A stretch of 64,000 nucleotides of DNA from Chrysomallon squamiferum (Eukaryota > Animalia > Mollusca): assembly GCA_012295275.1 (NCBI GenBank), contig CM022671.1, positions 14,632,001 to 14,696,000 of the forward strand, given 5' to 3'. Numbering within the stretch: the stretch's first letter is position 1; the number at the start of each line of letters is the position of its first letter. Shown one piece after another: positions 24,871-37,141 of this stretch. The notes beneath the pieces were generated by a model. It made no database searches, was not told the DNA's origin, and worked only from the letters and a program-made list of their open reading frames with translations. Position numbers and translations under genes: made by a program.

Positions 24871-27800
24871 CACACACATACACACAATGCAAAGAAGGAA
24901 GTCTTAAAAAATGTTAGCTGCATACATTAAAACTGCACCATGTTGCTCTTCACCAATTAATGTCAACTATGATTTTTGTGTCACTTATCTGAAGTATTAT
25001 ATATAAATGAATATATATAATTTTGATAAAATCAAGTACATTTTGCCATTGAATCACATCCTGATGGCTAAACAGACAACTGTGAATATATATCATTGGT
25101 TAACATACTATAACTATCAATTTCAACAGCTGCAAAATTTTTTTATCTACATGTTTTTTGACAAATAATTCTGAAATAATATTATCATGTTATTTTTATT
25201 TTTTTTATAAATTTCAGGAAACAAATAATATTTGGTCATAAATGTAATTGCATTTTTTGTCTGTATATTTTTGTGGGGTTCTGTGGATTTTTTTTGTTTG
25301 GTTGTTTATTTATCTATTTATTTATTTTTGGTGGTTCAGAAATTTACAATTCTTTTAAAAAGATCATTTTAATTTTTTTTTTTTAATACTCAGAAATAAA
25401 ATCATTAACAATTATCAATATTGTGAAATGAAAAATAGATTAATTAATAGTCATCTGTTGTTTTTGATTCTGCTTTAAAAAAGATAAAAATGTTATAATT
25501 TTGATATTAAATCTAATAAGATTTCAGTCTCCAAAACACTGCAGAAGAAGAACTGTATTGAATAATGTCTCCTGAGACAAATTTTAATTCTCTTTAAGCA
25601 CAACTGTCACAGCATTACAGAAAGTATATCATAAACAATAAACAAATTTTAGCTGTATTTCAAAATATACAACAATCACTGAAAGATCTTTTTAAAATAT
25701 GACACTTTATTAGCTGCCAGTGTTTAACTAAACAAGACAGTATTTCTATGGACATACTTGAAGTTGCTGCAAGTTCCAATTAATAAACATTTTCTATCAG
25801 TGTTTTCTAATCTTATCTTATATCTGTAAAGTTTAATATAATTTAAACAAGTGTCTGGAAAAATTACTCTATAATTATTTCCCCATGCCTCTTTAAAGGG
25901 GCAGTGTATCAGGAAGAATTTGTATTCTAAAAGAATGTGAAAAAGTTAAAGGTTTCCCAGTATTTTAAATAAAATATATATGTATTACAGTTTAAAAAAA
26001 AAATAATAATAAAATAAAAAATGGTTATATATTTATTTTAATCACCAAATTCCCTTGACTTTAATTATTTCGTTTTCTTTTCTGGAATAGTTCATAAATA
26101 CATTAACATGTATCCACTCCTTTTTACTTCTGCAATTCATATTTATGAAGAACAGCTGACAGTTTTAATAGTTCTAAAGATGTAAAATTTAGTTATAACA
26201 GAAGCATACAATTAAACTTGATTTCTCTGATTAAGAGAATCGTCTGAATATGGTGAACTCTAAAAACAACTCCTACACAGAAACTTGTATTGTTTTATTT
26301 TTCTTAACGCAAGAACCTTTAATAATATACTCACTTCTATTCCAGAAAGACACAATATTGCTAAAATGTCACGAACAATAAACACATGTTAGCAGCATTT
26401 CTAAATAAACATGGCTGTCATCACAGCTGAACCATCCTTTTAGAAATCTGGAGACATGTCATTAGCCACTAATTGTTTAACTACACGTGTGTGTAGCTAA
26501 TTGAAGATGTAATGGAAAAGAACCTGTGATTCTCTCTGTGTTCTCTCTTGTACAAAGAGTATTGATCTGAGAACAAGCCTAAACCTTGCACCTGGTCTCG
26601 CATTAACGGAATCTACAAACATTAACGCATCACACTATGCCTGCTGCAGTTCCCGATTACCCTGACCACCTCTCTGATGTCAACACTTCTTCAAAATCAT
26701 TAGTATTTGACCAGATTCTGTCATCAGCATTTATCTCCGTGCAGTCTGAAGGGTTTTCTTGGGCAAACTGAATCTCAGTGAAAAAAACAAAAGCAGTGCT
26801 GTGTATAAGCTCTGATGGAAAATTCTTCTAGATTTGCTGACATTTATTAGAAGAAACACTGAGGCTTCAAAACAAAACAAAAATTAACCTTAATCATCAC
26901 AACTCTTAAAACATTCCAGTTATGTCTTTTATATAACTAGTTCTTATACACATCAATGAAAGTAATATTACCTTTCAACGTACACATTTGGATTTTTAAT
27001 TTAAAGAGTAATTTAATGAAAAAGTATAAATATGTTACAATATTTTGCCCAGAGAATTATAAAAATAATAATAATTTTAAAAAAAATTTAGAGAAAATTA
27101 TAAAAAAATTCTATATATAAAGTGTCCTGTTGATATGTTACAATGGTTTATGAAAACAGACATTCCTTTTTTTCTGAAAAGTTCTGGAGAGCCTGTTATT
27201 GATGAATTTCAGTATCATCGAAAATGTATTTCATTGGAGCCTATTCTGCATTTTAAATCTTGCAGGAATACAATATATATATATATACAACATGAAAATA
27301 ACTGAAAAGCTAATATAAATTTTGTTGATAAGTATAGTTTGCGCATTTTAGTTATTAGAACTTCAGTAAATGTGTAAACAATTCTTTTGATTGTTGTTCA
27401 CACTGTTGATAGCAAAACAAAAGTGAAAAACATTTATCAATAATGTTCTCACATTAATGCGATTTTATTGGCCTCTTGAGGTCATATGCTGTATTGGTGA
27501 ATTCACATGTGTGATATAAAACTTTTTGTCTGACTACTTCAAGGACTATGTATAGTATCAGAAAAAGTGACTCTGACAGAATAATAGGACTCTAATAGGA
27601 CACATTAGCAGTGTTTAAATTATATATGTTATAAACAATATTACACTTCTAGATTTTTTGTTGCTGCCACTAACATACTAGGCTATAAATCTAATTAAAG
27701 ATCACTGCAAGTAATGTGATTGACAGAATCTGGATTCTTGATGGAATATCCTCTTCAATAATATCAATATTATGATGTCTTGCCCACTGCTTGCTGAGAT

Positions 27801-30389
27801 ACATTGTGTCTAATGATTGGCAGCCTTGACCATTTGACCAAAATATTTATGGTCAAATTTCCAAAAGTGTATAAAATTTGATAATCAGGCATTTTATAAA
27901 TACAGAATTGGGAAAGTCATATTTTTTACCATTTTATTTCATCATGGAATCATGTAGAAGCAGATATTTGTAATCTGGCTTCCCTGTATTGCTATTAGAA
28001 AACATCATTCTAATCAGGTATTAACTATATGGAAAATATAAAAATGTCAGTGAATTAATCAATGGTTGCGAAATACAATGCTTTGTTTGAGTTGTGTCTG
28101 CACAATTCAATTTCACAGCATATGAATTCAGCTTGTATGCCTTTCACAAACAAGTAAAAAAAAAGGAGATCTAGAGATAAATATTTTATTCTGTGGGCAT
28201 CTGTTTGACAGCGTTGATTCCAAAGAGACACAATGTGCTAGAACTGACTTCAGACAAACCTCAAATCAAATAATGAGTAACATTTCTTCATATAACTAAT
28301 GATTTTTTCAGAGGCTGTCATTTGCTTATCTGAAAAATTGACAGCTGACAGTAAACTGTATTTTGGGGAGAATTTGGCTTGCACTGAATAATCCTACAGA
28401 TAATATTTGATATTTATTTGGAATAATTCATAAGAGGTAATGAAATTCTGAAACAAATTATATGTTGTTGATTTTTTTAACATTTACTTTTCCCCCTACA
28501 AATTAAAATATATTTACACTGCAGATTTCTTATCAAATAAAGTTTAGTAATTTGTAAAAAGGAAACACATTTTATTTTGTAACCCTTACTTTTTGGTAGC
28601 CCTTATTTATTTAGCTTACGGTGTAATAGTATTTTTGTATCAAAAATATTTACTCTTGGATGGTCCTAAAACTTCAATCCAATAATGCCAAAATGATGAG
28701 GACTATTTGTAAACAAGAGTATAAAATTACTTTTTCTTCCTAAAGATTTCATTTCTGATCTACAAATATCTACCAATTAACAATATAGGTTACGCTTTTG
28801 TATGATTATGATCCTTGTTTTCTAGCTGATCTAAATGACACTGAGATTACTGGAATTAGAGAGATTGATGCTGAAGATACTTACAACTGATTTCATTGTC
28901 ACATCTCCTCAAAACCAAAGTTGTTAATTCCATGTTGTGCACATCTATGATATATCTGTGTAATACAGACCACTGAAACAAGTTAACATACATAGATACA
29001 GATACAATACAGTTAAAAAAACAACCCCAAAAACAAAAACAAAAACCGAATAAATTACATTTCCTATAAAGATGATGAACTAATAACAGTAATAAACTAA
29101 TTGATTATAACTAATAATCTAAATAACATTTATATATTTACCGCCAACTGATATCCATAACTGACAATTTTGTATTACCTTTTTATTTATTGATTTAATT
29201 TTTTATTTTTTTTAGATCAGGTTACAAGTAATATCACACTGCCTGAAGTATTCAGTACACATTTGTATTAGTTTTGACTACACATCTAAAGGCTCTAGAT
29301 AAAGTAATGCAGATAGGTATTTTATTGACTTTATTATGATTATGGTTGTAAAGACTATATTATTTTCTATAGAGAACATGATATCTTACATTATGTCAAC
29401 CAATCAAGACAGGTTATTTTATTATTATTATATATTTTGGATTTATTTTTGCTGTTTGTAAATTATATTATTTGGTTTTTGACTTTGTTATATGCAATGA
29501 ATACTGTAACACAACAATAACAACAAGTAATCATAATATACATTTTTAAAATATTTGTATAATATTTTTACATAACTGAATATTTATTCATATAAAAAAT
29601 TGTTAAAATCAATATTTATAGGTTACTTTATCATACCATATCATACATGCATGCTTTGATTACAAATAACTACAGTATTATTGGGAACAAAATATGAATT
29701 TGAATACTAAAATATTATATTAAACCTGGAATCATAATCTGCTTTTCTACTTTCAATAATGAAATTTCTGTTAGATAGGACAGGTAAATAGATATATAAA
29801 TCTGAAGAGTCCAAAAATATTAATAATAATGATGATGATGATGGTGATGATGATAATGGTGATAAAAATAAAATAAATAAATAAATAAAATCTGACTTTT
29901 CTAAACTGCAAATCTATTAACAATTATTAGAAAATATTAATTATTCATTTATAAATGCTTAAAAACAGAAAAACCAAAAAGATTAGTCTGAAATTCAGTA
30001 TAAATTTCAGACAAATAAATGTTATCCACATAGGAAGGAACAAAAACATGTATAACAGAAATAATGTGTTTGTTCTGTGTTCCAAGATTACCTTTCCAAA
30101 TAAACACCCATCAAAAACAATTTCTCAGGTAAAAGGTACATACTTATTTTGGTTTTGATGACAAAACCATGTTCAGAAATATTATTGCATCCACCATTGA
30201 TGTAGATCTATTTAATGTATTAACATGCACACATTATTTCCCAATATATCTTACACTGCCTGTGAATTTAAAACAGTGGTTCTTAACTTTTTTCTTTCCA
30301 AATAATTTTAATGGTTGAAACCATTTAAATTCATTTTCTTACTGGTCACAGAAGTATATTAAATTATAAGTATTTATGTTTAAACCATA

Positions 30390-30420
<31 letters not shown>

Positions 30421-30813
30421 CATAAGTTAATATATTATTAAAATTAAAATACACTACACCCTCCATTTAATGGACACGTGTTTGCTAGATTAAGGAAACT
30501 CAAAACAAAATATTGAATCTGTCTAAATTTTGACCCATCTAGGAGTTTGCAAAATGTCCGAAAAGTGTTTCCTTGGACAAGGTAGTCTGGCTGTTTACCC
30601 TGACCTCTTGTGCACATTCTGTTTTATATTACAATTGTCTACATATATAACATTATTTTTTAATTTTTATACATTGATAATGGTGCCTAAAAGCTAGGAA
30701 GCCACAGTGACTTAGAATAAAGTATTCTGATTCCCAGTAAACATTCATGACAAAATAAGCTCAATCTGCTGTTGATCACGGTAAATTAAAAACAGCATAT
30801 TTACATATATATA

Positions 30814-30853
<40 letters not shown>

Positions 30854-32109
30854 AAAACAAAAAATACACAAATACAAATCTGATTTAAAATAAACCAAAA
30901 GTTAAAAAAATAAATTATTTTATAAAAAAAAAAAAAAAAGATTAATAATTGAATATAATATTTTAAATTGGGAAAATTTAGTTTGACCATTAGTACATTA
31001 ATTACATATTAAGCATGACTTACAAGTTACAACCAAAATTAACCGTTTGATAATCATAATAGATGCTTCTAGTTCCATGTATAACAATCACTAGAATTAT
31101 CTGAATAAGAAAATTCCAAACATGAAACTAGAAAAAGATCAAATAAATTTATTAATTAATGGTAAGTTAATACTGTTAGGTTTATTCTTAGTTAATACTT
31201 ACAAATTAAAATAAGTACATCTTCGAACTCGTAGTCTCCGTTTCATTATTTAGCTGTCATTTCTAAATTGCCGATTGATCGTGAATTACTAATTAGACTT
31301 TTTAAAACTCAATTGAAACTATGCTGGAACCACATGTAACGCTACTTCGTGTATAAATGAAGAATGATCGTTTATTTTTATTTTATTTATTCCGTTCTTA
31401 ATAACTAGCTTTATTTTTAAGAAATATGTATAAAATTAAAGTGATATAAGGGAAGTAACTACATAGTAGAGTAACTGGTTTTGTAATATCTCCTGAACTA
31501 TCCGCAAAAGTCGAGTCCCAGTGGAAATATAGTCAGAGTTTTCTTCAGATTATAAACAGTGTTCAGCTGAATCTTAGGTTTCCTAATTTATTCAAAATAA
31601 TAATTAATGCATATTATTGTTTAATCTGAACAATTTTGTGAGTTACAGCTGCAGAAAATTCGTTCAACTTACGTTTCCGAAAAGAATATTAGAAAAATAA
31701 AAGCCATTTCGCGCGCGAAAATAACGTAATGATAATATTCTGTATGAAAATAGTCGATTGAATTTTTTGTAATAAAGTACTTACTAATGCTGCAAAATAA
31801 GAATATACTGCATCAAGTGAAAATCCATAATGTAATGATGATGGCCATTTTGGATGATGCCAAGAACCCAAAACTATTAGCTAAACCACATATAACGGTA
31901 AACCTCATCGTCTTACAACTGATATTTTTATAAAAATATATTCATAAATTAGTTAATTTAAGATTTTTATTTATGCCTAGTTGGTTCTAATTAATTTCGT
32001 TTAATTAGTTCTCAGGTATTTAGTTCGTGCTTGTTTTCTAAAATGTGGGTAACTGAATGATAGTAAAAATAAAAAATTAAGTAGGTGTGCAATTTCCAAG
32101 TACATCAGT

Positions 32110-32780
32110 GTGGGAAACTGCATACTAAAACCTGCTTTCAATATGATCAAATTGGGAAAACTGCATACCAAGACCTGTCAAACTGTTGTGTATCCCCACC
32201 CTCTGTGAATGTCTCATTAAACACAGGGAAACAAACAGGAAACCATTAGTCAGTGTTGTAGCAGATTTGGGACAGACTGTCATTGGCAGACATACTTTAA
32301 AAGACTTCATCTTCTTCCAGTTACCATAAGTTTGAAAAATATTTAAAATCTTTATGTGCAGACATATCTGTACTTCATTAAATGTTCAATATAGGTTTGC
32401 CAAACAAGACAGGTGGATCTTATACATTTTCAAGTCATCACATTGTAACAGGACCAAAAGATACTCCACAGTTGGGCCATACACTTCAACAAATCTTTGC
32501 AAGCTGTCGCCACTTGACAACCAGCTCACCTCAGTGTGCAAAAGTAATTGTTTCAAAATTTCATAATTACTTTTCTCTGCAGATGTTGAGTATGCAGTGT
32601 CTGACTGTGCTGGTTGGTGCTGTTGGACACAAAATGACAAGCCAGGATACTCAGCTTAGTGTTGCCATTTTCATTAAGTACTTGAAAATAAAGCTAAGTT
32701 AAAATGTTTTAAAATGTTACAAGACTACAGGCATTCATTGACCCCTTGAGAAATTCCGACGCTATGGCGACACCTGATCT
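32110..32780 (-). mobile_element. Decayed hAT (Buster/Charlie, ZBED5/SCAND3-like) transposase fragment
   Basis: Minus-strand translation KQLLLHTEVSWLSSGDSLQRFVE matches the Buster-family LLLHTEVRWLSRG..L.RF motif. A downstream frame gives FPNLIILKAGFS, resembling FPTTYLCEAGFS. Broken by stops and frameshifts. Confidence 0.8.
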
Positions 32781-33981
32781 AAATGAATGTTTTTATTAAT
32801 ACAATAATTATACTAATGGATACTTTAGTTAGACCTTACATTTATAAAAAAATTATATATGGATGTGGGTGGGTGGGTGTACACACATTCAGATGTATAT
32901 TTAGACATGCAAACATGCACACATACATGCAAAGTTGGAAATAAGTGTAAATGTTTAAAATTTCAAAGATTTCTTATTTGTTTGGTGCCTGACATTTTAT
33001 TTGTATTTTATTGAGTACAGCACAAAAATATTTCTAAATGTGAAAAATCTTTCACTTCATTCTTTTATATTCAGTTATTTTAAACATTCTTGTACACCAA
33101 TGGTCGAGAGCATCAGTTTTTGGATGCACATTTAAAAAGCAAGTTGTTCTACCTAAATATTAAGAGTTGTCTGGTAAGAATACTTACATAACCTATTTCC
33201 TGAACAAATATTTATTTAAACAGAGGTTGTTAGCCTGGGATAGTGGTGGGCTTTGAATTTGCTAAAGCCACTGGTGAGCATTTAACTCTACATCCATTAC
33301 AAAATTTCCACCAGTGTTTTGGTTCACAGAATGTAGGATCACAACTCCTTTTTTTTTTTTTTTTTTTTCTATTTGTATTATTTGTCAAAAATAAATAGAT
33401 AACTGACAAAAAGAAAGAGTTTATAGTTTTATTTTTAAAACGATCAAATCGTCAAAAGTAATAATAAACCCTGAAATAATTGATTTCACATAAGTTTTAT
33501 AATATTTTGCTGTTTCAATATGCAAATACACCTTTTTTTCCCATCATTATTGCCAGTACATGTTGTTATTCAAATTACAGTACTGATAAAAATAATGATG
33601 TTTTTTTGGAGACAGGTGGGTCAGCAGACTTCTCACTTTTATTATTTGTTTTGTCCACCACAAAAATATTGAAATTGCAGAGAAAACTGATATTGTCAGA
33701 TACTGGAATCAAACATACTTGTTTTAAATAATATTAAAATAAAGAAATAAAAGTTACAAGTTATTTGTTGAACCAATGGTGTATGATCCATATTCTATTA
33801 CATGTAGTAACTATAGTATTTTTGATACATACTAACACCCCCAATTTATATACTAAAGTAAATTGTTTTTTTGAAAAAAAAAAAAAAAATATGTGGAACA
33901 CCTTTCTTTTTAATGATAATAATCCAAACATATATTGGTTATTGTGAAGGTTTACAACAGTGACATCTATTTATAACACTG

Positions 33982-36101
33982 CTATCTCTTTTCTATGTTC
34001 CTTAATTGTTTTTTCTTCATTCTTCTCAACTTGGCAGTGTTTTTAATCTGCAAATACAAATTTAATAAATATAATTATTATCAGTGTTCGAATAAATAAA
34101 ATTTACAAGTTATTAAAATGGATGTTCTTTATATCTATTTGTTTTAAGCTTATCAAAAAAAAATTATGTTATTCAAAGAGTAAGATCATTGTGTGGTTTA
34201 TCTTATTATTTCCTGCAACAATAGATACATTTCATGTTCAAAAATAAATGTATTTTATATTAATTTGTATTAAGCTTATCTTAAAAACTTCTTTCATACA
34301 AAGAGTTAAGTTATTCATTTTTTTCTTTATCTGTGTTGTTATCTACATTCTTACATATGAGATTTAAATGTCAGAGTCACTTATTTAGTAAGAGTAGCTA
34401 TGTTTCATAATTAATACTCACAACTTGAACAGTTTCACTCTTTCGTTCATTTGCCTCCCTCCTCTTTTTATGTTCTTCAGCACGTTTTCGTTTGTCCTAA
34501 AATAACAGATTTTAAAAATAAAAAATTTAAAAGTTATATATTCACTTACATTCACTTAGTAATAATAACTAAATCTGAAATGCTCTAATTATTATAATTT
34601 TGCTACAATGACTGTTGATGGAAATTTTTATAGCATTTAAAAAATTATATTTATTATTAAATAAACATGGACAATTTTATTATATTAAACCTATTTACTT
34701 AGTAATAATAAATAACATTATTATAGGCTGACTTGGTTTATTATCAAAACTGCAGAGGTTCATTATCCCAGCTAAGGGGTGTAAATGATTTAATGTCTGT
34801 TGGCAATAGTTTGATTTGTTTGTTTAGTGGTTAATTTATTAATTTAATTTTTTTTTTAATTTTTTTTTTTGTATGGTTTTATTTTTTTTATTTTCCAAAA
34901 GGCAATAATATAACATATTAATTGCCAGTCTGTTGCATTTTTATAAAATATTTACCTGATCAGTAAATTTGTAATCAAATAATATTAATCACTGAGGTAG
35001 CAGAATAAGTCATTACAACCACAAAATCTTGTCATAAGATGACCTATTACAAGTGTGTAGCTTTTTTGTGTTTCCTCTTATAAAATAAAACTTAATAATA
35101 CATTTTTTTAAAATGAGAAAGTTTGTGTGTTACTATTAAAATTTTACTAATCTTTTTACAATGTAATTACCTCCAACAACTGTTTCCGTTGATCTTTCAA
35201 ACGTTTTTCATATTCTTTCACAGATTTCATTTCATTTTTTTTCTGCATTTTCTGGCTCCAAGAAGTAGTCAAGCATTTGTCTTTTTTTATTGCAGAAAAC
35301 CTGTAATATATATATGCATATCTATGTTATAATCTTGTCAGTGTTTTCAGTTTATAGTTTTACAGTTTTTGAAGATCTGTTTGCCTGGTCAGGGGCATAT
35401 TATGCTTTAAGTAAGGACCAGTTCCACGTCGTAACAATACAGCCATAATTATTTAACAAACTGTTGCAAAGTAATTCATTTAGAATCTGGTTTTAATATT
35501 TATGTAAAACTACTAAAACTTGAAAGCAATATAAATAGAATTATAATTAGGCCTACTTATTGGGTTTTTTCATTTGCTTTCAAAAAATCCTAATAATAAT
35601 AGTAATAGTTCTTCTCTTAAAACAATTTTGAACAGAAGCAATTAATTATTAAAACATTAAACTTTGAAAGAGTATTATTTATAAATAATAATCATTAATG
35701 GCTGCATATTTATAATAAGAATGATTTATTATTAATATTTGATTTTTTATTGCCTTATAAATGGTAATCACACAGTAAATCACTAAAAAGTCTAAATCAT
35801 TAAATGTATTATAAATTTAATTACAATATTTAAAATACATTTATATACTATTAGTATTACTATTAATAATAATAATGTTTTATTAAGTTAACTTATGGCT
35901 TTCATAAATTGATAGTGATTTATAAATATAATAATTAATATAAATATGATATAAATTATAAATTATATAAATAATACTAAATATAGATATAATAATATAC
36001 CTTGTCGAACGAACAGTTTTCCATACTCTTCCCGATTTGGGTTTGCCTCGAACTGTTTTAATATTCTCTGTTTCTGCTTTTTTATCATTATTTATTTTCA
36101 T
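33982..36101 (-). CDS. CCDC86: Coiled-coil domain-containing protein 86 (Cgr1 family, nucleolar)
   Basis: Exons 36101-36001, 35300-35171, 34496-34422, 34047-33982, all GT-AG and in phase. Translation includes RGKPKSGRVWK, RFSAIKKDK, TSWSQKM, RREANERKSETVQVIKNTAKLRRMKKKQLRNIEKR. Confidence 0.93.
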
Positions 36102-36661
36102 AATTGTTGACAAAATATAAACACGTGTGTTCTCGGTCTTCTTGTTTATTCCGAAGTTTGTGTTTGATATTATTTTTAAATTCCTCCTTTTGGAGCCTTT
36201 ACTTACGACACTAACGCTTTATAAAGAAGGTTATAAAAGTAATAAATACATTGTTGTTATTATTTTAAGAGCAAATATTATACTATCATACAAACATATC
36301 TAAAAATTGTTTAGTAATCATGTATCACAATTATTACGAAATTTGTTTTATAAAATGAAGAGCTAGATTAGTACGAATAGTCAATATTCAATGCCAGTTC
36401 AGAGTTCTGATTATACTATTTATAGCCAACAGGCAATACGAATATCTATTTTTATGGTTTACAGCTCATTAAGAATTGATTAAATTAGTGTCAAAAATTA
36501 TATGTTAGGTTAAAACGATATCAATATTTATTTTCTTACAATAATCAGGGTTTTATGAAATACGTTTTATCATAAAAGTTTCAGTTCTTTTAATACAGCA
36601 TATTTTGTAATAACGAAGTCTACAACATCCGGGTATTTATGTCTGTCGCCATTTTGTGGAA
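36102..36661. promoter_or_regulatory. Bidirectional promoter CCDC86/RSRC2
   Basis: Divergent ATGs 560 bp apart; YY1-like CGCCATTTT at ~36647; ETS-like TTCCG/CATCCGG; local CpG enrichment. Confidence 0.7.
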
Positions 36662-37056
36662 ATGGATTTGCTTGCAGGTTATTCAGATGATGCAGATAGT
36701 AATATGTCAAACCTAGATAAATTTCAACAGGTCAGCTGACAAATATATGTATATGTGTTTGTATATGAATATGAATATGTATATGTGTAATGATAATAAT
36801 TTACTGATGTAGTAATACTTGAACAGTTACCTGGCAATAGTAATCAAAAATCATTCAATGATCTTGCGTTTTAGATCTGTGCTAACAAAGTAACATCTGT
36901 GTCAGCAAAGGTTTTATGCCAAACTTTTGTGTGTCCGTCACAAAGTAGTCTGCCATTATTACCAAGCATTTTATATAAAACAAGCAGTAATTAGAGGTGG
37001 TTCTTAAGTAGGATGTTCTATTGTAATTATCATTGTTCGTGATCCATGGATTTACT

Positions 37057-37141
<85 letters not shown>

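Noticed and set aside
30274-30287. Charlie-like hAT terminus CAGTGGTTCTTAAC
   Set aside because: I could not find a matching opposite TIR or TSD.
35003-35030. let-7-like seed TGAGGTAG
   Set aside because: The rest does not match let-7 and no precursor hairpin is evident.
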